Source: Octopus vulgaris
Lineage: Eukaryota
Direction: 5' to 3'
Assembly (NCBI GenBank): GCA_951406725.2
Contig: OX597815.1
Span: 13,888,001-13,952,000, forward strand
DNA length: 64,000 nucleotides
Below, in pieces: positions 63,946 to 64,000 of this stretch; position 1 is the stretch's first letter, and every line of letters begins with the position of its first letter. The position numbers and the translations under genes were made by a program. The notes below the pieces were generated by a model, which saw only the letters and a list, made by a program, of their open reading frames with translations, ran no database searches and was not told where the DNA came from.

Positions 63946-64000
63946 CTAGCAGTATCGCCCGGCGTTGCTCGAGTCTGTAAGGGAAATAACTACATAAGCA
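63946..64000 (-). mobile_element. Helitron 3' end, runs off the window edge
   Basis: A|CTAGCAGTATCGCCCGGCGTTGCTCG, as at 711 and 10095. Confidence 0.85.

Overview
AT-rich, microsatellite-dense eukaryotic DNA made almost entirely of transposable elements and their remnants. The SINE families look like those of Octopus (inference from sequence recognition). I could not support any host gene exon. The only long ORF is a young, 5'-truncated CR1-group LINE ORF2 (33881-36409, minus strand, 842 aa). The window also holds older CR1-like copies, several R4/Dong-type (restriction-like endonuclease) LINE fragments mostly tied to (TAA)n tracts, two Penelope-like GIY-YIG remnants, Tc1/mariner/maT remnants, four non-autonomous Helitron copies and about 25 tRNA-derived SINE copies from three families. 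The most interesting signal is a set of at least eight minimal type-I hammerhead-ribozyme-like motifs in short Penelope-type repeats and foldbacks. They show helix covariation and family-specific core variants (CUGAUGA, CUGAAGA, CCGACGA, CUGUWGA and a U3-A8 UUGAAAA variant). Other notable items: a perfect 108-bp inverted repeat, a locally templated inverted insertion, a SINE/LINE shared 3' tail, and SINE self-targeting at GGTAT. All structures were read by eye; no alignment, folding or database search was run.
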